64,000 nucleotides of DNA from IMG/VR virus record IMGVR_UViG_3300003890_000014, positions 48,814 through 112,813 of that record. One strand, written 5' to 3'. This document shows positions 56,639-63,917 of this stretch, piece by piece. The translations under genes and the position numbers were made by a program. A model generated the notes under the pieces. The model saw nothing but the letters and a program-made list of their open reading frames with translations. It was not told the DNA's origin and ran no database searches. The DNA comes from a virus. Within the stretch, counting starts at the first letter, position 1; the number at the start of each line of letters is the position of its first letter.

Positions 56639-57446
56639 ATTTCCGTCTGAATACAATCACCGAGAGTCTAAAGAAGAATATGTAGCAGAGAAGCTTCTAG
56701 GATTTATGGGTAGGTATTTAGGCTCAAAAGGCCGTTATAGATTTTCTAACCCAAGTCATTTGGTAGTGTTTAACGCCAACATTTGCACTTCTGTTGAGAA
56801 AATCTGGCACGGAGATATAGACCTTACCCTTGATCATTCGAAACTCACAGAGTTAGCAAAAACTTTAAAAAGAACTATTTTTGTTCTTAGTGAAACAGAC
56901 GGTAGGTTTGAGAATGAGAAATCTCCAAAAATAGAAAATGCGATAGCGACTTTTAAACCAGAAGGGTTTTCTTTGAGAGATGCCGAGTTTTACTATACTG
57001 ATAAAGAAAACAATCCTAGAACTATAACTGATGAAGAGTATAGAAAGCGGCATCCCATTCAACCTTCTCCTAGTATGTACGAAGATAAAGGAGAAGAGTT
57101 TACTCTTTTTAAGATGCCTTCGGTAGAAGAATTTAAGAGTAAAAGTAAGAAAGAGAGTCCTATTGATAAATTGAATAAATATTTTATTTCTAGATATAAA
57201 ACTGTAGAAAAAGCGTCTAAAGTATTTAGAAATATTTATTGGACAAAAGAATATGAAGACCAATTCAATGCTTATCTTGTTTATTGGGCAAGTAAAGTTA
57301 TGAAATATGATGACTATGAGGTCAAGAAGGCTGTTTCTTGGGCTACCTTTGACCTTCCTATGGGCCTTAGTTCTGGAGGTTTAAATCCAACCTGGGCGAA
57401 ACCTGGAAAAGTGTATCTAAGAAAGCGAAAAGATGATGAGGTATAA
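56619..57446 (+). CDS. Hypothetical phage protein
   Basis: 275 aa; GSKGRY...VFNANI...KIWHGDIDLT...VLSE.DGRF conserved-looking core; SD GGAG. Confidence 0.7.
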   Translation: MKPNPNKFPSEYNHRESKEEYVAEKLLGFMGRYLGSKGRYRFSNPSHLVVFNANICTSVEKIWHGDIDLTLDHSKLTELAKTLKRTIFVLSETDGRFENEKSPKIENAIATFKPEGFSLRDAEFYYTDKENNPRTITDEEYRKRHPIQPSPSMYEDKGEEFTLFKMPSVEEFKSKSKKESPIDKLNKYFISRYKTVEKASKVFRNIYWTKEYEDQFNAYLVYWASKVMKYDDYEVKKAVSWATFDLPMGLSSGGLNPTWAKPGKVYLRKRKDDEV

Positions 57447-57690
57447 AGTAATCCGAATAACTCAAGATTCTGAATATCCTAGATCTCCAGATACTGAGCA
57501 ATTGCTTTGGGCTAAAGAGCTTCAGGAAAAGTTTGATTTATATCATTTAACTATTGATGATATAAATTTAATCTGGAGTCAGTATTCTGAAGATTTTTGT
57601 GCAGGATGGTTGTATCCAGATAAAGAGTCAGTAGAACACGCCTTTGGCGTAGAATTGGAGGAAATAAATGATAACAGCGAAGAAAGCTAA
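57433..57690 (+). CDS. Hypothetical protein
   Basis: W..YSED.CAGWL motif. Confidence 0.6.
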   Translation: MMRYKVIRITQDSEYPRSPDTEQLLWAKELQEKFDLYHLTIDDINLIWSQYSEDFCAGWLYPDKESVEHAFGVELEEINDNSEES

Positions 57691-57937
57691 AAAAATGGCT
57701 GAAAAAGAGAATAAACGCTTCTCAAAACCTATTTCTATATATGAAGTATATGTTCAGATTAAAAAACACGCTGAAATGGGATTTGACAATCTAGAAGCAA
57801 ATGTAAGAGTCGAACATGCAGAAGAGTGGGTTAAAACTTTGACAAAGTTAGGTTTTAGGGCAGGTCTGTTTGAGAATGGTTACCGAGCAACTCAGATCGA
57901 TCCTAAAAAAGTGTACGAGCTAGAAGTAAGTTGGTAA
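57668..57937 (+). CDS. Hypothetical protein
   Basis: MITAKKAK...LGF...VSW pattern common in phages; SD GGAGG. Confidence 0.65.
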   Translation: MITAKKAKKMAEKENKRFSKPISIYEVYVQIKKHAEMGFDNLEANVRVEHAEEWVKTLTKLGFRAGLFENGYRATQIDPKKVYELEVSW

Positions 57938-57962
57938 CTAATAAAATAGGAGGAAAATAGAA

Positions 57963-58355
57963 ATGAAACTAACAAGTAGAGGTAGATATTCGATTCAGGC
58001 AATCCTGGATCTAACGAATCACTCAAATGGTCGAGCAGTCCGTTTGACTGATATTGCTTCGAGACAGAAACTCTCATTGCATTATTTGGAACAACTTTTT
58101 CGAAAACTTCGAAAAGGTGGTGTAGTTAAATCAGTCAGAGGTCCAGGCGGAGGATATGTTCTTGCCAAATCTCCTACTGAAATTACAGTAGAAACTATTC
58201 TGCAGAGTGTAAATGAACTCGTAGGGTATAAAAATGCAATGGAAGTTGTAGAAACTCCTACTAAGGAGCAACTCTCCGTAGCAGCTTATCTTGGAGGAGT
58301 GGATGGAGCTATCGCAAGCAATCTCAGTAAAACGCTCAGTGAACTTACTGGATAA
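57963..58355 (+). CDS. Rrf2-family (IscR-like) transcription regulator lacking all cysteines
   Basis: MKLTSRGRY, LSLHYLEQLFRKLR, VKSVRGPGGGYVLA; no Cys in 130 aa; SD AGGAGG. Confidence 0.9.
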   Translation: MKLTSRGRYSIQAILDLTNHSNGRAVRLTDIASRQKLSLHYLEQLFRKLRKGGVVKSVRGPGGGYVLAKSPTEITVETILQSVNELVGYKNAMEVVETPTKEQLSVAAYLGGVDGAIASNLSKTLSELTG

Positions 58356-58374
58356 CAACGTGACTTACTCCGGT

Positions 58375-58548
58375 ATGTTTAAATATGTTGTGGAGTATAT
58401 TATGGAAGGAATGACTATGCGAGCTAGATTTACTAGCGAAAAACACGCTAAGAAATTCTTTCGAACCCTGAAGAAAAATCAAGTACAAGGACTTAAATTC
58501 TTTGAGATCACTAAAAAGGGCACTTTAAGAGAGGTAAAGGTACGATGA
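58375..58548 (+). CDS. Hypothetical protein
   Basis: Likely start MFKYV after the Rrf2 stop. Confidence 0.5.
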   Translation: MFKYVVEYIMEGMTMRARFTSEKHAKKFFRTLKKNQVQGLKFFEITKKGTLREVKVR

Positions 58549-58808
58549 TCAATCTAGATAAAATTCAACCTGAAATTGATGAAGCTTTGTTATCGCTCAG
58601 GGGAGTTAATGATAAAGCTATTTTTTTAATAAAAAGGTTGGCAAATAGTCTAGACAGAGAGATTCAACGACGTATTGAGTTAGAAGGTGACGTTGTAGAA
58701 CAACGAGAGTATATTGAGACGCTTTACGAGAAAATATCCAGTCTTGAACACAAAGTTGAACTCCTTAAGAAAGAACTCAAAATGCCTACCAGGAAAAAAG
58801 ATGGTTAA
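58545..58808 (+). CDS. Coiled-coil hypothetical protein
   Basis: ATGA-coupled; heptad pattern. Confidence 0.6.
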   Translation: MINLDKIQPEIDEALLSLRGVNDKAIFLIKRLANSLDREIQRRIELEGDVVEQREYIETLYEKISSLEHKVELLKKELKMPTRKKDG

Positions 58809-58956
58809 GTTAGAAACTGAATTACTACGCCGTATAAATGAGCTTCAAGTGGTTATGGCAACCTATTCTCATATAGATGGGTTAGATTTGACTTACTGGG
58901 AGTTTTCTATAAAATTAGGTATTTATAAAGAGATTTTAGCCTTGTTAAAAAAATAG
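58801..58956 (+). CDS. Hypothetical protein
   Basis: Likely start MVKLE with SD AGGA. Confidence 0.5.
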   Translation: MVKLETELLRRINELQVVMATYSHIDGLDLTYWEFSIKLGIYKEILALLKK

Positions 58957-58985
58957 TTGACAATGTCGATCTGGTTTAGTAGGTT
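58957..58985 (+). promoter_or_regulatory. sigma70 promoter with GAC-N3-GTC box
   Basis: TTGACA-ATGTCG..-17-TAGGTT. Confidence 0.65.
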
Positions 58986-59007
58986 CATAAACAGAAGGAA
59001 ATAGTTT

Positions 59008-59412
59008 ATGAAAAATCTAATCAAGACAGTAACAGTAGTAGCCACGTTAACTTTAATTTCGGTATTCTCAGGATGTGCTTCAGCGTCAAGACCAGGAGAA
59101 CCAGAATATATCAGGGAACAGGTATATCAATGCCGAGTACTCTGTACAAATGGAGAAGTCTCCATTACAAAAATTGAGGGATTAGATTGCGTGTGTAACA
59201 AACTCGATAAACAAAGTTTGATTTTTTCACCAATTATCAATAATAATTTGAGTGGTGGAAGTAGTCCTGTCTCTCAATATATCCCAGCGGCTCAGTCTGC
59301 TCCAATAGTACAAGTAATGCAACCAAGTTCCACAAATCTAGTACCAAACGGTACTGGAACTACGGTTCAAGACGCTACTGGAAGAATTATCACAAGTCAA
59401 GTAAAGGAGTAA
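59008..59412 (+). CDS. Cys-rich lipoprotein
   Basis: Signal peptide with FSGC lipobox; CxxxC..CxC. Confidence 0.7.
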   Translation: MKNLIKTVTVVATLTLISVFSGCASASRPGEPEYIREQVYQCRVLCTNGEVSITKIEGLDCVCNKLDKQSLIFSPIINNNLSGGSSPVSQYIPAAQSAPIVQVMQPSSTNLVPNGTGTTVQDATGRIITSQVKE

Positions 59413-59414
59413 GT

Positions 59415-59672
59415 ATGCCTTATATCAAGCCAGAGGATCGTGAAAAGTTCCACAGTTTATTAGACGCAATGCATCTAACTTCCATTAAGACCGCAGGAGA
59501 GTTAAATTTCTTAATCACTTGTTTAGTACATTCGTTTTTAGCAAAAACTGATCGAAAGTATCAGAACTTTAACGATGCACTTGGAGCACTTGAAGGAGCT
59601 AAATTAGAGTTATATCGCAGAGCCATCGCAAGCTATGAAGAAAAAAAGATAAAAGAAAATGGAGATGTATGA
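59415..59672 (+). CDS. DUF6899-like phage protein
   Basis: MPYI...GELNF.IT...GALE.AKLE.YRR...YE..KI.ENGDV (family recognised from memory). Confidence 0.65.
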   Translation: MPYIKPEDREKFHSLLDAMHLTSIKTAGELNFLITCLVHSFLAKTDRKYQNFNDALGALEGAKLELYRRAIASYEEKKIKENGDV

Positions 59673-60175
59673 AATCCAAATTAATGTGCATAGCCGCACT
59701 ATTTTTATCTCCAACTGTATATGCAGATTCGTATGCACGATACGGGGTGGGACTTTCTAAATCCGCCAAGAATAGTTTTTCAGAAACTAAAACTTTAGGA
59801 TTTGGGTACACAAATAAGATGTTTGAACTTAGACAACTATCTTTCCTAGCATATCAATATGAAGGAGGTTTTTGGGTGGATTCTCAAAGACAAGAAGGTA
59901 GAAAAGACTCTTTATATGGAAGCGCATCTTTAGGACTAGATATTTTAGCAGATTCTTTTAGAGTTACATCAATGCATGGAATCGGGTTGATCTCTAGTCC
60001 AGATACTTATTTAGGCAGTCATGGACAATTTTTTCATGATGTATGTTTAGGTCTTCAAGATGACGTAAATAAGGCAAATATTAGTTTATGTTACAAACAT
60101 ATCAGTAATGCTGGAATAGTTCCTCCTAATATAGGTAGGGATTTCATGTCGATTAAACTTGGAATACATTGGTAG
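59669..60175 (+). CDS. pagL: PagL-like lipid A 3-O-deacylase (outer-membrane beta-barrel)
   Basis: Signal peptide (..TVYA), alternating beta-strands, LGS..QF, catalytic HISNAG..PN.G.D, terminal aromatic Trp. Confidence 0.75.
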   Translation: MKSKLMCIAALFLSPTVYADSYARYGVGLSKSAKNSFSETKTLGFGYTNKMFELRQLSFLAYQYEGGFWVDSQRQEGRKDSLYGSASLGLDILADSFRVTSMHGIGLISSPDTYLGSHGQFFHDVCLGLQDDVNKANISLCYKHISNAGIVPPNIGRDFMSIKLGIHW

Positions 60176-60183
60176 GAGGCAAT

Positions 60184-60867
60184 ATGAAGAAACTAGTAAT
60201 TATATTTTTAGTAATGTTTTTAGTTGGATGTGAAGGTCAACCTGGACCTCAAGGTCCGGCGGGTGATCCTGGTCCTCAAGGTCCTCCTGGAATTGCAGGC
60301 ACAAATTGTACTGTAGCACCAACTCCAGGCGGGGCTGAAATTACTTGTTCAAATGGAGCAGTAGTAGTTTTAAACGGTTCCGATGGCCAAAATGGAAATA
60401 ATGGTAACGATGGCCAAAATGGAAATCGTTGGTTCAATACTACGGTTCACGGTCCTGTACACGACTCTTATGGGTACGATAATGATTATTATTTAGATTC
60501 TACTACTGGAGATGTTTATTTTAAAGCTTCTGGTACATGGGCTTCTCCAGTATTTAATATTCGTGGTCCACAAGGTATTCAAGGTCCCGTAGGACCACAA
60601 GGACCTACTGGAGCAGCAGGGACTTGTAGTAGTTCAAATTTTTTTACCGTGAGTTCTAATGTAAATGCAGCGTCAATCACCGTAAATTGTGGCACAGGCA
60701 AAAAGGCTATTTCAGGCGGAGGCAACTGCGGCGGCGGAAAAAATCTACAAAAAAGTTGCTCTTCTAACTCAGGAGCAACTTGTAATAATTCCTTACCAGA
60801 TCAATATTGGACTATTACATGTTCAGGAGCTAACGCAGCTAATACTGCTTATGCGATTTGTTTATGA
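60184..60867 (+). CDS. Collagen-like lipoprotein
   Basis: Lipobox LVGC; two (Gly-X-Y)n blocks; DYYLDSTTGDVY module; Cys-rich C-terminal domain. Confidence 0.8.
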   Translation: MKKLVIIFLVMFLVGCEGQPGPQGPAGDPGPQGPPGIAGTNCTVAPTPGGAEITCSNGAVVVLNGSDGQNGNNGNDGQNGNRWFNTTVHGPVHDSYGYDNDYYLDSTTGDVYFKASGTWASPVFNIRGPQGIQGPVGPQGPTGAAGTCSSSNFFTVSSNVNAASITVNCGTGKKAISGGGNCGGGKNLQKSCSSNSGATCNNSLPDQYWTITCSGANAANTAYAICL

Positions 60868-61340
60868 AAATATATATGTATCCAGATGAACTTTTGAAAC
60901 AAAAATGTAACTCAGTTACATCCTTTGGGCCAGAACTTCATAAGATATTAGATGAGATGCTATCCACTATGAAAGAGGCTAATGGAATAGGACTTTCTGC
61001 AAATCAAGTAGGATACTTAATGTGCATGTTCATCATGCTCGATAAAACAGGAAAAGTGTGGGAATTCATAAATCCTCAATTAATTGATAAAGACGGATTG
61101 CAGTACTTAAATGAAGGATGTCTCTCAGCTCCAGGAGTATTTGTACAGATTCAACGCTCAGATAACATTACTGTAAAAGCTCAAGACAGATTTGGAATAG
61201 AATTTACGATTTCTACTGATGGGTTAGAAGCAGTTTGTATTCAGCACGAGATGGATCATTTGAATGGGGAATTCTTTTTAGACAAAACAAATCGCCAGCA
61301 GCGCCGCGCGGCTTTAAGTAAGTTAGGGATTAGAAAATAA
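60864..61340 (+). CDS. def: Peptide deformylase
   Basis: GIGLSANQ, EGCLS, QHEMDHLNG motifs. Confidence 0.95.
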   Translation: MKIYMYPDELLKQKCNSVTSFGPELHKILDEMLSTMKEANGIGLSANQVGYLMCMFIMLDKTGKVWEFINPQLIDKDGLQYLNEGCLSAPGVFVQIQRSDNITVKAQDRFGIEFTISTDGLEAVCIQHEMDHLNGEFFLDKTNRQQRRAALSKLGIRK

Positions 61341-61501
61341 CCTTAATAGAAAAAGCAGCAGAATTCGCAAAAGAAGCCCATAAAGAACAGCGACGGAAAT
61401 ACACCAACGAACCTTATTTCGTTCATTGCCATGAGGTAGCTAAAATTGTCGAGTCAATTGGTGGAACACCCTAAATGATAGCAGCAGCGTATTTAAATGA
61501 T
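61337..61501 (+). pseudogene. Decayed RelA/SpoT-type HD hydrolase (small alarmone hydrolase-like)
   Basis: (ATA)TLIEKAAEFAKEAHKEQRRKYTNEPYFVHCHEVAKIVESIGGTP*MIAAAYLND; start lost, TAA at 61472, HD->ND, truncated. Confidence 0.8.
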
Positions 61502-61550
61502 TTGATTTATTCAGTTTATTCTGATATTGTTAAAGAGAACGAGGATTAAA

Positions 61551-62225
61551 ATGAAAAAAATAGTTTTATTGATAACTATCGCTGGTTTAGCGATTTCAAT
61601 GATTGCCGCTACCCCCTCTCATAATATAGCAGAATATACCTATAATGTAGCGGGAGCTAACGGAGCAAGAGGTACGGGGTTTATAGTAAACTATAAACTA
61701 TCAACCTACTTTATCACCAATTGGCATGTATGTAATCACACAATTGACAATCATCTTCAGGTGTATGTAAATCCAGAAAAATCAGTATCTTTAGAAATTA
61801 TTAAACAAGATTCAGTACATGATCTTTGTGCTGCGGCAATGAGACCTTTAAAAGGAATACCCGTAGCCAACTACTCATATTACGATCAATATGCAGAATC
61901 TGCAGGATTTCCTGGAGGATCAAAGGATGTTGTATCTACTTCTGGAATCATTCTAAAAGAGTTAGATGTGATGTTAAATTATCCTAGACCAATTCAGGGT
62001 TGCCCTAAAAATACCCAAGCTGTTATTAGAGATAAGAATGTTCTTTATTGTCGAATTAAAATGAGAGTACAAGACACGACCTTACCAGGCCGTCCTGGAG
62101 TTTCTGGTTCTCCCGTGGTAGATTCTAAAGGAAATCTTATTGGAGTTGTGAATAGTACTAATGATAATACTGTGAGTATGATTCCATTAAGACATGTTCG
62201 AGAGTTCTTAGATTCCCTTAAGTAA
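61551..62225 (+). CDS. Secreted trypsin-like serine protease
   Basis: Signal peptide; GTGF, TNWHV (His), HDL (Asp), PGVSGSP (Ser). Confidence 0.88.
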   Translation: MKKIVLLITIAGLAISMIAATPSHNIAEYTYNVAGANGARGTGFIVNYKLSTYFITNWHVCNHTIDNHLQVYVNPEKSVSLEIIKQDSVHDLCAAAMRPLKGIPVANYSYYDQYAESAGFPGGSKDVVSTSGIILKELDVMLNYPRPIQGCPKNTQAVIRDKNVLYCRIKMRVQDTTLPGRPGVSGSPVVDSKGNLIGVVNSTNDNTVSMIPLRHVREFLDSLK

Positions 62226-62233
62226 GGAGTTTT

Positions 62234-62557
62234 ATGCTAGTTCGAAGAATTTTTCATAAAGATGGCTTTCAAGTAGAGCAAGTTGATGATATCCCTACAA
62301 AAGAACCAAAAGAATGTGCTTTAATAGTGATTTATAAAGGAATTCCATTTGAGTTTGTAATGTACGATACGGACACTCCTCCTATAGATTGGAAATTTAT
62401 GTACGTCCCTTTAAAAGAAAGACATTATGAAAGTTACGACTCTTCAGATGTTGAGGTAATTAGTTTTGAAGAAGAAGTAGAATGTGATTGTGGCGGGAAA
62501 CATGTTAGTGGTACTCATGCTCATTATTGCTCTACTCAGCAGAAAGTGTTCTCATGA
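62234..62557 (+). CDS. Hypothetical protein with C-terminal CxC..H...C zinc motif
   Basis: CDCGG....HAHYC; SD AAGGAG. Confidence 0.65.
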   Translation: MLVRRIFHKDGFQVEQVDDIPTKEPKECALIVIYKGIPFEFVMYDTDTPPIDWKFMYVPLKERHYESYDSSDVEVISFEEEVECDCGGKHVSGTHAHYCSTQQKVFS

Positions 62558-63123
62558 TTTTATTAGCACTTGATCTCGAAATGAATCAACCAAGCGGTAA
62601 GATTATCGAAATTGGCGCTGTTATAGGGGACACCACAACAGGTAAGATTATCGATAGGTTTACTCAACTTGTAAATCCAAACGAAAGACTATCTCAATAT
62701 ATTATTGGTCTAACAGGTATCACTCAAGATGACATTGATTTAGGCAGCGTCCCACTTTGGGAAGCGTTCAGAAGACTGCGGTTATTTCATAAAAAACATG
62801 ACGCATTCTGTAATCCTTTAACTTGGGGCGGGGGAGACTCTGAAGAGCTTAAAAAGCAACTTAAAGAAGAGAGTGGTCAATGGCCCGAAGGAGAAAGTTG
62901 GCCTTTTGGCCGCAGATGGATAGATGCAAAAACTCTTTATGTTTCTTGGAGAATCGCTAATGAAAAACCCATTCAAGGCGGTCTTGCAAAAGCAATGACT
63001 AATTTTAAGTTGAAATTTCATGGAAAGAAGCATAGAGCTGAAGATGATGCATTTAACACTTTCGTAATATATTTAGCTTTACTACGACAAATTAAAGGTG
63101 ACTCTAATGGAGAAAAAACCTAG
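62554..63123 (+). CDS. DEDDh 3'-5' exonuclease
   Basis: LDLEM..IIEIGAV, LTGITQ, TWG..D, HRAEDDA. Confidence 0.88.
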   Translation: MILLALDLEMNQPSGKIIEIGAVIGDTTTGKIIDRFTQLVNPNERLSQYIIGLTGITQDDIDLGSVPLWEAFRRLRLFHKKHDAFCNPLTWGGGDSEELKKQLKEESGQWPEGESWPFGRRWIDAKTLYVSWRIANEKPIQGGLAKAMTNFKLKFHGKKHRAEDDAFNTFVIYLALLRQIKGDSNGEKT

Positions 63124-63277
63124 ATTCGTAAAGTGCATTTACACAAACTGCAAAGAAATTACTCATCTGAAGGTTTATCAGATTTATGGAGATAAACCCT
63201 GTTGCTATTGGATTAAAGATGATACAAATAAAATGCAATGGATTAATAAAGAATGGTTTATTAGGATCGTATTATGA
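63107..63277 (+). CDS. Small hypothetical protein (56 aa, below track cutoff)
   Basis: MEKKPRFVKCIYT...WINKEWFIRIVL*; SD AAGGTG; ATGA-coupled to the next gene. Confidence 0.6.
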   Translation: MEKKPRFVKCIYTNCKEITHLKVYQIYGDKPCCYWIKDDTNKMQWINKEWFIRIVL

Positions 63278-63621
63278 TGAGTGAGATGTTAATAACAGCA
63301 TTTTGTTTTCAATCTACTTTAATTTCACCTATATATCAGCCCGCTTGTTCTAAAGCAACTGAGGCTGGAGGCCGACAAAGTCAATTTATTCAAAATATAG
63401 ATCTTGCTGAAAATTACTTTAAGAATAGGGTCACATCGTACACGGGTGCCGAAGTTTGGGCTGTGTCAGCTTTTGCCTACAAAACTTACTGTGAAAAAAC
63501 CTTATCATCTAAAGTGTCTACAAAAAAAGTTCTACCTTCCTATTTACCGCATTATATAATCCCTACCTACGGATTTGATAGACATCATTCTGTTTCTACA
63601 GGTTGGGAATTTAATTTTTAA
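63274..63621 (+). CDS. Hypothetical envelope protein with terminal aromatic beta-signal-like motif
   Basis: Ends STGWEFNF; N-terminal Cys pair. Confidence 0.55.
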   Translation: MMSEMLITAFCFQSTLISPIYQPACSKATEAGGRQSQFIQNIDLAENYFKNRVTSYTGAEVWAVSAFAYKTYCEKTLSSKVSTKKVLPSYLPHYIIPTYGFDRHHSVSTGWEFNF

Positions 63622-63622
63622 C

Positions 63623-63651
63623 TTGACAACGTCATACCTATTTGGTATGGT
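63623..63651 (+). promoter_or_regulatory. sigma70 promoter with perfect TGAC-AAC-GTCA box; leaderless mRNA
   Basis: TTGACA-17-TATGGT-6 nt-ATG(63658). Confidence 0.7.
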
Positions 63652-63657
63652 AAAAAC

Positions 63658-63917
63658 ATGAGATTAATCTTCATACGAGTACTTTATCTTTTTTTTTAGG
63701 AATAACGGTAGGATATACAATCGGAATTAATGTATATTCTAAAATCTTTGATCCTGAAAAAACTTGGGATGATACAAAACGTCTAGCGTTCGAAACGGCT
63801 AGAGCTGGATGCGTAAAGGGCGGAGATTTAGGATGGGAGCAGTGTTCCCGTATTGCATTCATAATTTATCTAGATTTAGAGGATATTGGTAATCAAGTTA
63901 GGGAGAAGTCAAAATGA
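63658..63917 (+). pseudogene. Membrane-anchored protein frameshifted in a T9 tract
   Basis: Stops at codon 14 as read; adding one T gives an 86 aa ORF whose TGA overlaps the next ATG (63914). Confidence 0.6.

Noticed and set aside
57963-60867. Naming a specific host (e.g. Bdellovibrionota-like) from gene flavour
   Set aside because: The Rrf2, collagen-lipoprotein and cytochrome styles are suggestive only; without searches, only a Gram-negative host is supportable.
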